From Eledone cirrhosa (Eukaryota): a stretch of DNA of 64,000 bases. Made by a program: the position numbers and the translations under genes. Location of the stretch: assembly GCA_964016885.1 (NCBI GenBank), contig OZ024740.1, positions 120,776,001 through 120,840,000 on the forward strand, written 5' to 3'. Within the stretch, counting starts at the first letter, position 1. Each line of letters starts with the position of its first letter. The notes under the pieces are model-generated. The model was given only the letters and a program-made list of their open reading frames with translations, did no database searches and was not told where the DNA came from. Below, piece after piece: positions 13,661-27,464 of the stretch.

Positions 13661-16600
13661 ATGACCTCACTCAGAATAGACAGCATAAATGCGCGTGGCT
13701 TGGGGTCGTCATGGAAGCAGGGTCACCTGCTCAACGACCTCAGGTCACTAAACATAGATGTAGTGGCCATCAGCGAGACCAGAATCTCCGAAGCACGGGC
13801 CTTCGCACCGATCTTCGGCGGCTACGATGTGTACGCATCTCCCAGCCGTCCTGGATCGGGTGGAGGAGTTGCTGTGCTTTTTCGGAGAGGTTTGGATCTC
13901 GCCATACGGGCCATCTTCCTGGACCCAGAGGGTAAGCTGGTGGTGCTGGACGTGACCAGCGGAGACGGGCAAGCTTTCAGGCTAGTGGCCGTCTATGCCC
14001 CGACAGGAGCAGGGCGGCCTGATTTCTTCCGGCGTCTGGAGACCTTTCTTGGAACGTCCCGCTCTTTAGTGTTAGTGGGCGACTGGAACGGGATCTTAGA
14101 TGCACGCTGGGACTGTGTGGGATTAGCGGATAGGGGTGGAGGGTGCAAGAGCCTCACCAACCTGCTCAGGCGTTTTGAACTGTCTGACAGGTACCGATTG
14201 GATTTCCCGAATGTGCCAATGTGGACTTGGACAAACCGCATAGGGTCATCCAGATCATATCTAGATAGAGTATTTTGTAGGGAAATAGATAGGTCTAGCA
14301 TAGGCTGTCCACAATTCAAGATAGTCAGCTACACGGACCACAAATTCGTGACCTGTGTGCTTGACTTAGATAGGCTTCATAGACGAGGACCCGGCTACTG
14401 GAAGCTAAACGCGTCCTTACCAGCGCGCAAGGCCTACAGAGACCGGATTAGCGAACTAGTTAAGCGGGCGTTGACGGGGGCCATCGTCAACAACAAGTGG
14501 TGGTTTGCTCTGAAAAGAGCGATTAGAATAGAATCGATTAGGTTTAGTAAGGCTTTAGCAATAGAGAAAAATAGAGCAGAGGGAGAACTAGTTAGAAAAT
14601 TAGACGAGGCGCTTAGCAAAGGCATTGCGACCGACGTGCTTGCGGCGAAATTTGCCCTTGACCAATTCTTCAATGCAAAGCACGAAGGCTGCGTTGTCAG
14701 AGCTAGGGTGCGTGCTCTCAGACACGAGGGGACGAAAGCCGTTCAATGGGCCCGAGTGGCGGAGGCGCGTCGTGGCAACAAAGCCACGATCCGGTCTTTG
14801 GTGGACCACGACGGGCGCATGCTACTCGATCCCGGGCAAATGTGTGAAGCTTTTCAGCGACACTTCGCTCAGCTGTTCGGGGGCAGCGGGGGGCCGGGTA
14901 GAGGGATGGACTTTAGTGTCTACCTCGACGGACTGCCGCGGCTCTCGGCCACTGAGGCGAGGTGTTGCGAAAAGCCGATAACAGCCGCTGAAGTACGGGA
15001 GGCAATGACTGGCTGCACAAGGGGTAAATCGCCTGGTTTGGATGGTCTGCCCTATGAACTTTACGTACAGATGCCAGACTTGTTCGGAGGCCTCTTGGCG
15101 GACGTCTACTGCAACTGGCAACAGAACGGGAGAATTCCCAGTTCTGTGAGCCGAGGAGCGGTGGCACTGCTGAGAAAGGATCCGAACAAGGGGGATAACA
15201 TAGAAAATTTCCGGCCCATAACTCTGCTAAACACAGAGTTTAAGATTTTGGCCAAGGTGCTAGCAAAGAGGTTGGCGCTTGTCGTTGGTGGTCTGGTGGG
15301 AGAGGCGCAGACATGCGCCATTCCCGACAGATCCATCCACGACAACCTCCACCTCATGCGATACATCATAGAGAGGGTAGCTAAGGAACCTGGCACGGGT
15401 GGGTCCTTGATCAATTTAGATCAGTCGAAAGCTTTCGATAGGGTCAACTATCGTTACCTAGCGGCAGTCCTGAGGGCGGCTGGCTTTGGGCCCGTCTTCA
15501 GAGGCTGGATCGCTGCCATGCACAGCGACATCTGCTCTGTGGTGAGAGTGAACGGTCACCTGTCGGAACCGTTCAACATCATGCGCTCGGTCCGCCAAGG
15601 ATGTCCCCTCTCGTCCCTCTTGTACGTATTGACTCTCGAGCCATTACTGCACAAACTGGAGACGTTGAGGGGAGTCCCGCGCGAACTAGGATGCGGAAGA
15701 TCTGTGTCAGCATATGCGGACGATGTCACCGTAGTGGTGTCGAACGCCAAACACATCGAGGCGATCGGCACTACACTAAGAGAATACGAAGCGGTGACAG
15801 GAGCAATGATCAACCAGGAAAAGTCAGTGGGCCTGCAGCTCGGCACCTGGAGAGGCAGGTCCATGCCGTCCAACAGCGTCGTCGGACGCTGGACGGACGG
15901 ACCGTTTAAATTGCTAGGGGTCTGGTTCGGTCCGGACCTCCAGACGGACAAAAACTGGGACGAGGTGACGAGCAGGGTGGCTTCTCTCACCCAGAAATGG
16001 GCGGAGAGGAAGCTATCCCTGAAAGGTCGAGCGGAGGTGGCTAACGCGTACATCGCGTCTGTCATCTGCTACCGCCTGACCGTCGTACCTTGTCCTAAGC
16101 CTCGCCTGACTGCGCTGGAGCGTTTGCTCTTTCGCTTTTTGTGGAAGGGACGTGCTCCGATGGTCAGGCGGTCCATCTGTTGTCAACACCCGCTACGTGG
16201 AGGGCTGGGCATGCCGTGGCTGATGATGCGCAGGCACGCGCTCAGGCTACGACATCTCCACCTCTTCCTCGACAGTGATCAGGTGTGGTCGCCGTTTGCT
16301 AGACGCGTATTTTCCCAGCTCGTTTCCTTGACGGAGCTGCAGTCCTGGGTCAAGCGAAGACCGAGAGGGAGCGCCTGGAGACTGGAATGTCTTCAGGCGC
16401 TCACAGCCCTCGACCAATCGGGCAATGTGATCGGTGGAAACTCCGGCGTTCTATAGAGGATTAGTGGAGGGGAAGAGCGACGACGTACTTGAGGAAACTC
16501 TAGGCGCCGACGAAAATCAACTAGCCAATCTCTTCGGAAGAACTTTCGGGCCAGGGCCTATGGACAACTTCCAGAAATCTCTGGCCTGGCAGTGCTACCG

Positions 16601-17075
16601 AGGAGCCTTGCCAGTTCGGGATAAACTCTACAGGCATGGAGGTGCCGTCAGCCGGGCATGTCCGAGATGCGCGCAGGGCGACGAAACCGTCCTGCACGCA
16701 CTCGTCCAGTGTCCGAAAATTGCTGACTTGTGGGTTTATGTCGAACACCAGCTGTCGCGTTTAGGACGGATCCGGCTATCATCTGAGTCCATCGTGAGGA
16801 TTGCCCCGCCCTCCTCCTTTAGCCGGGAAGGGCAGGCAGTTTTTATCTGTCTGGTGGCCATGGCGAAAGAGATAGTATGGTGGACACGTTTGAAAGGGCT
16901 GAAGACGAGCACTTACCTCTTCGGTGATGCTCTGATTGACTTTTTCAAATTTCATTTGAAAAGGAAAATCAGAGTAGAGGGGGAAGTGCTCTCTTCCCAG
17001 CATTTTGTTGAAAGATGGGTGAGAGAAGCAAGAATGGCCCGAGTGAATGGGCCTACGCTGAGTATATATCTGTAA
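13661..17075 (+). pseudogene. Tx1 ORF2 (APE endonuclease, reverse transcriptase, C-terminal CCHC) with one frameshift near 16440
   Basis: SINARGL, SETR, VGDWN, YLDRVF, TDHK; SPGLDGLP, NFRPITLLN, DQSKAFD, RQGCPLS, AYADD; CPRC...ETVLHALVQC in ORF 16434-17075. Confidence 0.93.
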
Positions 17076-17322
17076 ATTAAAGGTGGAAAACTGGGAGAGG
17101 GCACTTGCCTTGGTGGTCAGGGTCATTGTGGCTTTTTACTGGGCTTTCTCCACAAATGTCCCTCCGAAGTCTCCCCCCTATTGGGGAATTTTTCATTGTT
17201 ATTTTTTGTTACATCCTCTGTTTTTGTTTTTTACACGCAGAAATGCCTATTTGTACCGTCCTGCATTGTCCTGCACTGTCCTTAATGTCTACTTTATGTA
17301 AACCCTTGTGGTTAATAAAGAA

Positions 17323-17378
<56 letters not shown>

Positions 17379-18527
17379 ATATATATATATACATTACTTT
17401 ATAAGTGTGTGAATGGAAACAATACTCTTTTCACACGAAATACGTCTATATCTGCTGTTTCTTCCTCTCCATACACTCTCTTACTTTGCAAACACATCCA
17501 TTCATTCACACTGTTGAGTAGTTCTCCTGTATCTTCGACCACCCCCGTAATGGAAATAAAGGAAATAAACACATAACAATAACAGCAACAACAACAAAAA
17601 AACAAACAACAAAAAAACAGCATCACCAACATAACTATAAAAATAACTACAAAAACACCGCCCCCACTAACAATAACAACATTAACAACAGCAGCAAAAT
17701 CACCATCAACAGAATCGCCAACATCATCCACACAATCACCAACATTTCTCTACCAACATCACCATCATTAAGAGCGGACTCCGCTAACTGCATCATCACT
17801 AACAACAAGAACAAGAAAAACAGCGTTGTTTGTTTATTCATGGTTAGTTGTCTGTCTGCCTCCCACACATCCCTCCCTAACCACCAGATTACACATACCA
17901 CCACCATCCTTTTTTTCAATACACTTAAACTATTCCGATTATTACTAATTAATAATATTTATTGTTAGTATGTGTCTTTATGTCAGTCTATGCTTGTCTG
18001 TTAGTTGTCTCACACTGCCTGTCATTCATTCCCTAGCCGATTTAATATCACTCACATCTTCATTCTTTCCTTCCTTCTCCATCCATCCTACTACTCCAAT
18101 TTCTCTATCTCTCTTTGTTTCACTATTTCCCTCTCCTCCTCCTCCTCTCTCTCTCTCCCCCCCCCCCCTCTCTCTCTCTCCCCCTCTCTCTCTCTTTGAC
18201 TGTCTTACTCATCCATCTCTTTTTTACATCTCTTTCATACATATGTATACATCAGGATAAACAACTTTTAAACAAGTCAGACCATTATTCAACAGAGTAC
18301 TCGATACTTGAAATACTAGAGTATGACTATATAAGAAAGAGTCGGGTCCAAACGGCTGAGCTCTTGCTGTTTCGTGGCTAATTCCAGACTGATGTGGTGA
18401 GGGAAGAAATTGACTGAGTTGAACATTATCAAAAGGAAATGGAATGTAGTGAAATATACCACGTGCGTGCTTATACTTATTTATACAACGGGTCTAAAAA
18501 CATCTGATAAAATGTCAAGTCAGTCAA

Positions 18528-19150
18528 TCATATTGGTGACCTCCCCACAGCCCCGGCGGACAGAATAGTGAAGGCGTTTCCCCGGAGAACGGCAAGGGAG
18601 ACGCGCTGGAAAAACCATTCCAACTCACGGGGCTCACACCTGTGGCTGGCCAGCTCAGCGCCTATGGTGGTGAGTAGGGAATTGGCACTAGGACCGAGGA
18701 CACCAGAAGTCTTCCCTGCCAAGGGTACAACCGCAAAAATGTCGGAGAGTGACCTGCATTTGAAGAGTTTGGCCTTCTTAGCCCGACGTGCAGCAGAACC
18801 TGGGTTAGTCGCAGACTGCACTAGGTTGTGGCTGGAGAAAGTGTCGGTGCAAGTGACATCCCACGCGAGGGGTTTGCCACCGCGGAACGGGGAGATGGTC
18901 ATGCCATCTGGCCTTTTGCAGTCCCCTCGGTCCAGCCCCAACGGCTCGAGTTGGGAAGAGAAGCCTGCAGCGTCCAAGCCTTGCTTTATGAACTCGTTGA
19001 GGGCAGCATGGCGTGGAAGGTGGCCCGCATTGTGGAGACAGGAAAGCGGGTGGAGGCCGAAAGAGTCCACGGTAGAGCCACAGCGACATTGGTGTGATCG
19101 CAGATCCGGAGGCCGAGCCTCAAGGAAACGCCCATGCGCAGGCTATTGTT
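18528..19150 (-). mobile_element. CRE-clade non-LTR retrotransposon 3' fragment (zinc knuckle + restriction-like endonuclease)
   Basis: LRMGVSLRLG, CRCG...GLHPLSC, RHAALN, EPLGL, KRPDG, AWDVT and QRVSLAVLRGNA motifs typical of CRE elements. Confidence 0.85.
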
Positions 19151-19425
19151 AGCTTCATGTGTGCGTGCGTCCGTCGTGTTCGCCTTCTCTGTTATCGGAG
19201 TGTCAGATAATTTAGTCCACTTAATTGCATATACGAAACCAGCATTGACGTCACCAAAAATTGCTCTCAGACCCAAAACCGCCCGGTCATGCCCGCACCT
19301 GTTTTATATGCCTGTCAACAAACGTACCTATTTTTATTTTTTTAGTTTTCTCAAAACACCACTGAACGGCTTGTCTGTATTATGATTGTTGTTGTTGTTG
19401 TTTCGAGTGTGTTTTTTGCTACAAT

Positions 19426-19613
19426 AATTGTTTCTACATTTGGCACAAAGCCAGCAATTATCTCAGTGCATTACTGGTACTTTATTTTATCGACCCCGTA
19501 AGGATGAAAGGCAAAGTTAACCTCGACGGGATTTGAACTCAGAATGGCAAGGGCCGTAACTCTATGCGTCAAAGCATGGCGTCCGACCCTCTACCGATAC
19601 TGCCAATCCACCG
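19426..19613 (-). mobile_element. tRNA-derived SINE, full copy (family S)
   Basis: Minus strand has an A box (TGGCAGTATCGG), a B box (GAGTTCAAATCC), a central gcctttcatccttacggggtcgataaaataaagtaccag block resembling the Deu/Nin SINE domain (recalled) and an AAT tail. At least six copies in the window. Confidence 0.85.
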
Positions 19614-20318
19614 AATACAATAATGGTACTTGTATATATTGCAGGTTGTGATGTAACTTATTCATACCTTAGTCTACGGGCGTATGTGTATATATGTTAT
19701 ATTTTAATTGGGAAGTTTTCTAGTGGTAAGATGTCATAGGCATGTTCGTGGAAATGTTGTGGGTGCGTATGTGGCACTTAATATGCTTGTATGTATGATA
19801 GTTTGTCTTTGTCTACAATTGTGCATGTGTGAGTGGGTGTTTGTGAACGAGGAAGATGGTGTTGATATTTTATATTTGTTTGATGTGCAATATAGTAGGC
19901 TTAAGATTGCCGTGGGTGCCTGTGTGTGCGCAGGATGGAGGGCTGCCCACGTACGCTTAGTTATTGTTACTTTTATAATGGATTGCCTGGATAAGTGCTC
20001 TCGTTTTTGTGCCGCAATTGGATGGTGTCGTGTTGCAGTCCTGTTTGGGAGTTAGCCCACACAGTTTAAGTGTTGGAGGTGCAGCTTTTGTTGGTATTTA
20101 CGAGGCTGCATATTTTCATAATGTCGTGTAATGGTATGTGTGCGTATACACGGCTCCGAATTCAAAGGTGTTTATGCATGCGGTTGTGATGGTTGTCTAT
20201 CTGGGTGCGGTATTGTGGAATCTGTTGTTGGGTTTTAGTTAGAGTCATGCTCGAGTGTGCATACGTACTGTGGGTACCTACGAGTGTATATGCCGGTGTG
20301 GGTGTGCACAATATATTT

Positions 20319-20390
20319 TGGAATATAGTCTTACACTGGAATATAGTCTTACACTGGAATATAGTCTTACACTGGAATATAGTCTTACAC
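20319..20390. repeat. Perfect tandem repeat, 4 x 18 bp (TGGAATATAGTCTTACAC)
   Basis: Direct observation; no spacers. Confidence 0.97.
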
Positions 20391-22048
20391 TCCTGCTTTG
20401 TAAATCCGATCTTTGCACGCAGTCACAAGAACTTCCTTTTTGTTTAGTAGTTGTTCCTTGGTGAAAAAAAATTGGATGGCTTATTTGGAGCATAAATTGC
20501 ACGGGTGACGGCCCCGGTAGCAAGTTTTTCATGATTCAGTTTTCATGTCGTAGGTGGGGTTATTTTCATGGAGGTACTATATGAAGCTGGATATTGTTGT
20601 AGCATTTGTCCGGGCCGGGTTTCTAAAGCTGTGTTGGTGCTGGTGCTGGTAGAATCTTGTCACAGCTTTAGAAACCCATCAAGCATAGAAGAAAAAAAGC
20701 AGTATTGGAAAGGACTACACATGCCATAAATGAGAGGAAAAGGAGGGGAAATGCAAAGGATATTAGACAAAGAAAGAAAGAAAAGTGGAACGAGAGGGAG
20801 TGGCTGGCTCTCTATCTAGGTTATTTCGGCTGCATCTCGTGGATGAAATGGCTAGGACATTTCAGTAGACGTCCACCGGCGACATTCGCTGCAACAGCCA
20901 ACCTACCTCGCGGGGCGCCATAATCAGACGGTCTGATATCGATCCGATTTTACGGAGGAGGTCAGCTGTCTGGGGACCGAGGACGCCTTCGGTCTCGACA
21001 GAGACCGAGGCAAAGAGGAAGTGGCCGTTCAAGCCCCCGTATTTGCTTGCATTCCTGTCCTATGTATTGCAGGCCTTAGTACCGGGGTTTGTGACTGAAA
21101 CGACTAGGTTGGAGGCGGAAAACGTGTCAGAAATATTTCATGAATTTTCATATGATATTGCCTGATTGACTCCGGACTTTGTAGATGGTCTGTTGTGGAA
21201 ATGCAGGCTTAGTAAATTTCTTCGTGTGCTTAGAGGAAGTAGTGTCAAAGAAAGGTTCATTAGCTTATAAAACTCTACACTACACATTTTAGAGCAAACC
21301 TAGTGCGCTAAATAACCAGGTGCTGGCTCTAGATGTGGAGAAACCCCAAGAAACTAAAGTACTCTGAGATTTTGCTGGGATACAAAATAGAATGTTGATG
21401 ATATCTGGAATTTAAAATCGGAAAATTCTGAGGATCCCAAAGTCTCATTAACATTAATAATGGTGCCACGCTCCGGCTTGTGAAAATTCAGTGCAATGCC
21501 TTGCAGTGTATAATCCGACTCCTTGCATTCTTATTTTAAATCCCGCTAAGATAAGCTTTGACTTTCTTCCTTCCCGAATTACAAATATATATGATTAGAG
21601 ACGAACAAACGTTGGATAAAATTGCTAGCAGGATCTGCTCTGGTTTGGCGTTCATTGGTTAAACCGTGTTACGGCTTAGGTCAAATAAACTCTTTTGTTA
21701 AGCTCTACTACCCAACCACGTGTTTAAAAATCAAAAGTAATATTCCCTCTCTTCCAGCGTTGATATTTCACATACATTTTACCTACTAAGCATATTCTCT
21801 ATATCTTACTGATCGTAATATTTTATTTATTTATCTCTACTTTTCTCGAAAGACACCAGAAACTTTCCGTATCCATTCTTTGATTTATCGACTTACATTT
21901 TACCAACAGAGCGGTTCTCTAATCCATTGCGTGTTTGGCATTAGAAATGCAATACCACCTTAATGCGCGAAATTGAAGGCCAGAAATATGGCTGACAAGG
22001 TAGACATGCAGTTGTCTGTTTCATTGATGTAAGTGTTTTCCTCTGTGT

Positions 22049-22080
<32 letters not shown>

Positions 22081-22579
22081 AGAATGCATGCTGCAAAGTT
22101 AATGCGTTTTTTCCTTTTGTACTGAATCTTCCACACTGGCACACACTTTCAAACACTTGTGCAGAGATAAGTACACGTGCACAAGCACACCATCCCTCAT
22201 AAATATGCGTACTCGTGCACTGGAAACCCATATCACTGTTTTTTCGTCACATTTCTTTTTCTCACACTTCTCTATCATTTCCAATATATTTTTCCTCATC
22301 CAATGTCTCTCTTCCATTCCTTAGCTCACAAACATACATACAATGCAACAGAATCATTTTCATTTTCAAACGCCTTCACGTGACATATACTACTCACACA
22401 TACACACACCGATCTCTATATTTACACACATAGGCTCCAACAATTTCTCTTTCTCTCACCAATACACCTTCTTAGGAGTATGTGCACATGCATTCTTACT
22501 TTGACACATTTATTCAAGTGCTATCGATCATACAGTTATGTGTAATATAATTCACACGTGCTAATATATATATTTATAT

Positions 22580-22955
22580 ATATTTGAAAAAAGGAAAAGA
22601 ATGACTTCACTTGTAGTTCTAAACAATTTAATTTTATAATATCATAATTTTACAATCTGGTCGCCACCGACGAATGCGAGAAATTTCTCCAGGAAAGTTA
22701 ACCAGGAATCTTAAAAAAATCTCCCCACCGAAGTTAACAATGAACTTACTAGATCTAAAAAACCAAATTGTACAATTATAATTGTTTCTACTTTAGGCAC
22801 AAGGCCAGCAATTATCCAGTGCATTACTGGCACTTTATTTTATCGACCCCGTAAGGATGAAAGGCAAAGTCAACCTCGGCGGGATTTGAAATAATATTAT
22901 AAAATTAAATTGTTTAGAACTACAAGTGTAGTCATTCTTTTCTTTTTTCAAATAT
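22580..22955. repeat. ~62-bp inverted repeat pair (22580-22642 / 22894-22955) enclosing a SINE fragment
   Basis: atatttgaaaaaaggaaaagaatgacttcacttgtagttctaaac... and its reverse complement. Confidence 0.9.
22780..22890 (-). mobile_element. SINE family S, 3' part
   Basis: Matches ~19426-19537. Confidence 0.82.
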
Positions 22956-25126
22956 CCTTAACTGTACCAAGGATTTTACACAAATGCAATTGTTCATTCT
23001 GCCCCTGTCTATTTACGGCATGGCCTCATCCTTATATTTTTATAGCACCCCCCCCCCCCCAAAAAAAAGGTATTAAACTAAATTAAAGCCACTACATATT
23101 TGTAGGTATTTTATTGATCTAGGAGGATTCAAGAGAAATGTGAAATTTCGCGTGATTTGTATTAAAAAAATAAAATATTGCAACTAAATAAAGCTCAGCA
23201 TTTCGTTAGGTGCTCCATCAATCCTTCACATCCAACTCATGAACCATTAGACGTACTAAAATAGATAACGTTATGCCTCTTTTGATAAGAAAAGTGTTTA
23301 ACTTGGTAAAGGAAACAGTATTTTCAAAACACACTAGTGATGATTTCTATTAACAATTTCTCAGTGTAAACTATTCGTCGAAATAGAAAAATCCTTAGAA
23401 CGCAAACATGCAGCACTCTAATTTCTTATCCAACCGATGTCAAATTTATCATTGATCTTTCGCGGTTGATAACAGTATTGGCGTCAATTCTTCATCAATA
23501 TCCCCTTTTCAATTTCTTTCTCTCTCCCCCTCGTTCACATCCCACTCTCTTTCATGAGTGAAAATATGCTCAGATATGGAGATGGATGGGCTCCATCAGA
23601 TCTAAGAATAAAAAATATGACGGCGCCTTTGCGACTCCATAAGGAAGTAAGGTCCCTCAGTATTGTGTAAGCAGTAATCAAATGGAATCAATTGATCTGC
23701 TGTTTAATGTTCCAAGCAGAATCTTCAACGAAGTATTCTATCTGGAATTTAGACTTCTCATTTTCCTGACGGAAAACAATGTTTAAAATCATTTCAAAAT
23801 CATCCAACTGTTTACTGTTTCCATTTCCGCGAGGCAGTAAGTTAAATCCATGAGACTGATTATAATCTGCTTGAAAAAACAGACGCACACAAAAAAAAAA
23901 GGAACACTTCCCATACGCTGTTAAAGTAAGTCGGAAATGTATGAACTCCAAAACTTTGTAAAACCCCTCATCTGTAATATACGGAATCGTTAAGAAGAAA
24001 TGAATGTATTTTTGTATTGTAAATATTTATTTATCATTTGATAGAAATTTCACTGATTTCTAAGAGGAGTACAAAACAATTGATGGATTCGGAGTTTATA
24101 TTCGCGTAAATCAACCCGAGTATTTACGTGGTATTTAATGTTATCGATCCCAGAAGGATGACAGGCAAAGTTGATTTTTGCGAATTTACAACACATCGTA
24201 TATAAAAAAAAAAAAAAACTACATGACATTTCGTCCAACGCTCTAACAATTCAGGCAATCCACAACCCTCACAGTAACTTAATATGAAAAGCCAATTTAT
24301 ACGACTCTCTAATATGTCAGCTAATCCACAAACCAGCCTGCGATGAAAGAATATATTATTAACAGTATAAGATTTGCGACTTGAACTCCAAACAGTTTAA
24401 TCGCACGTTCATTCTCAGGTTTAATGCAAGGCGTTAATTTTGTATATTTATCTGATGTCAGAGGATGGAATCGTCATACCATACAAATTGAACCGATGTG
24501 CCATGTAAATTCAACAGATGAACCATATAAATTGAACCGATGTACCGTAAACACTTCTAAGTCAATGATTGGCTTGGAGGCCAATGGCTATTGAAGTGTA
24601 AGGAGTAGGAGAGGGATAATAAGTAAAATACAAAAAAAAAAGCAAAACCTAGTGTAATCTATATTAATGGCTTTCGGACATTTTCTTTTTCTATTCTTTC
24701 TCTCTTTTATTAGACAACACATACATATACAAATATAGTCATAGAACTATAAACGCGTTCGCAAGCATTTGGAGATATATACAGATACATTTAATAACAA
24801 ATTTATAGACAGATGTGAAATGTTTAGGACTGCTAACATTCTGTGTTTTGCACTGCTGTAACAAATTTAGATGTGTGAGCATGCGTGTGTGTATGTAAAT
24901 GTATACACGCAAACATATATGCATACACACACACATACACACAGGCACACATACACATATATATATATATATGTGTATATATGTTCGTATGTATGTATGT
25001 ATGTATGTACATGTGCGTGTGTTTGTGTTTATGTGTGTGTGTAGTCCCGATGTCAATCAGGAAGTGACCACTGTTTAAAAAGGTACTCTATAAATTGATA
25101 TTACTATAGAAGTTATTTTACACACT

Positions 25127-25160
<34 letters not shown>

Positions 25161-25406
25161 GGGGGAGGGGAGCTGCATGACCTAAGGATTAGGGTGTTGG
25201 ACTTTTGGCTGTAATGTACATGGGTTCATATCTGGACGAGGTGGCCCGTTATACCAGTCAATTGAGCTGAAAATGTGTACCAGCAACATGTAACACTGCG
25301 ATAGATTGACACCCTCTTTTGGGGATGTCTTGTGCGGTCAATCGCTAAAACGCCAATAAAACTGCGATAAGTTCCGGCTTGATGAACATTAGGGTTTGTG
25401 ACAGAC

Positions 25407-25554
<148 letters not shown>

Positions 25555-25591
25555 GTATATATAAAAATAATATATATATATATATATTAAA

Positions 25592-25830
25592 CTAACAGAT
25601 TAAAGTTTGAGCAAACAATCGCTGCTTTCACCCTTAACGGGATCTTCTGAAACAGTGATTCTTTGCTTAAACTTTAATCTGTTATTTTAATAAATATTTG
25701 CTCGACGGACTTTTATATATATTTATATATATATATATTTATATATATATATATATATTTTATATATATTTATATATATATATAATCCTTATCCTCTTTG
25801 GATTTTAGTCTTCGCATTTATTATTAATAT
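25592..25830. mobile_element. Solo Naiad pLTR terminus with inverted duplication
   Basis: Matches the terminus of the element at 37262-40962 and 56441-56600; foldback taacagattaaagttt...aaactttaatctgtta; lies in (AT)n. Confidence 0.75.
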
Positions 25831-25895
25831 ATATATATATATATATACATTATAAGAATCCAGCGTCTATAATTGTCGGCAAAGGCGGGGAGTAC

Positions 25896-25942
25896 GATGC
25901 TCTGAGGATCGCCAACAGCGTGAACCAGACTCTGTCAGCTTC
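25896..25942 (+). ncRNA. Degenerate type-I hammerhead ribozyme fold
   Basis: gatgct CTGAGGA t-cgc-caaca-gcg-t GAAC cagactctg TC agcttc; distal stem tcggcaaag/cttttgtcga; GAAA mutated to GAAC. Confidence 0.55.
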
Positions 25943-26066
25943 TCTCTCTTCTTTTGTCGAAAAAAGAACTAAGTTACATAGTCACTACTTTAAAAAGGAT
26001 AGCGCAAGGTATTCAAAATGTTTTTAATTAAACATACGGTATATTGCCAAATATACTATACATACA

Positions 26067-26117
<51 letters not shown>

Positions 26118-26578
26118 CCAGAAGATTTTACCGGTTACGAGTAAAGTGTGCCGGCTGTCCTCAGAAATGAACTGTGTTCTGAAATTTCCGTGTAAACTTT
26201 TGAGCATTATACAGAAATATACGCCTTCAAATTATTTCTGAGAGAAATTCAACGTGAGAATTTGTGACAAGGCTGGTCTTTTGAAATACAGAAACAAAAC
26301 CATTGTGATCAGTAGACAAAAGCTACGGGAATTAACGTGTCAAACTGAAGGTTAAAGTACTCCGTTCTGTTTGTGAATGATACTTTCAATTTTTATGAGC
26401 CAAACACCCTAAAATATACTCACCCACTCTCCCCCAATAAAACACACACATTCACTACCGCTAACTGTTCTTTGGATTTTCGGGAACTTTCAACCACAAA
26501 TTCCGTGTGTGTCATTGACGACTAAACTAAAAGAAAAAACGTTATGTACGCTATTTACTTCGTACAATTATCCACTTG

Positions 26579-26711
<133 letters not shown>

Positions 26712-26788
26712 GTGTATAGTGGTAGCTATGGTGCTTCCATAGGCAGTATGCCGAAATTAGCACTCGAGTTCATCAGAGTAGAGTGTAG

Positions 26789-27027
26789 ATATTATAAAGA
26801 AAACGAAAAATCAGTGATGCATCTGGACTTAGTTTATTTTGTGTTACAAATGTTTCGCCGGCAGGTAGCTTGAGTCATGTACCTTGTATGGATCTGGCTG
26901 ATTCTACTTATGCGGGTTCTTTCAGACACGGGTGTTACGTCCAGAGCAAACTCGAGCTACATGGCGGCGAAACATTTGTAAAACGAAATAAACTAAGTCC
27001 AGATGCATCACTGCTTTTTCGTTTTCT

Positions 27028-27036
<9 letters not shown>
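26789..27036. repeat. ~87-bp inverted repeats (26789-26875 / 26950-27036), foldback element next to (AT)n
   Basis: Reverse-complement match with a few mismatches. Confidence 0.85.
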
Positions 27037-27071
<35 letters not shown>

Positions 27072-27260
27072 TATATATATATATTATTATATACATATAT
27101 AATACACACACACACATACACACGTATATACATATATATATATATGTGCCTTTTAATGTTATAGCCTGGTTTAATTGGTTTTTTGTGTGGTTGATTATGT
27201 TAAATGGGAGAGGAAATTGAGTATATATCTTATCAAATGATTCTAAAGACACAATTTATA

Positions 27261-27307
<47 letters not shown>

Positions 27308-27464
27308 TAAATGTGTGTGTTTGTGTATATGTATATATGAGTATATGAGTATATACACATACATATATATAGAAATATGTATATGTATATATACTCATAT
27401 ACTCATATATACATATACACACACACACACAAATATATGTATGTATATATATATATATATATAT

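Larger units (their letters stand above)
11301..17323 (+). mobile_element. Near full-length L1/Tx1-clade LINE flanked by (TTA)n
   Basis: 5'UTR, ORF1 with zinc knuckle, ORF2 with APE+RT+CCHC, 3'UTR, AATAAA at 17314-17319; TTA tracts on both flanks. Confidence 0.93.

Noticed and set aside
11375-17126. Antisense and alternate-frame ORFs over the LINEs
   Set aside because: Shadows of GC-rich or low-complexity coding sequence; no independent motifs.
20319-20390. CRISPR-like array
   Set aside because: Pure tandem repeat with no spacers, no cas genes and a eukaryotic context.
23688-23951. Possible host exon on the minus strand after a polypyrimidine tract + CAG
   Set aside because: No recognisable domain, donor site or partner exons; cannot be supported without RNA-seq.
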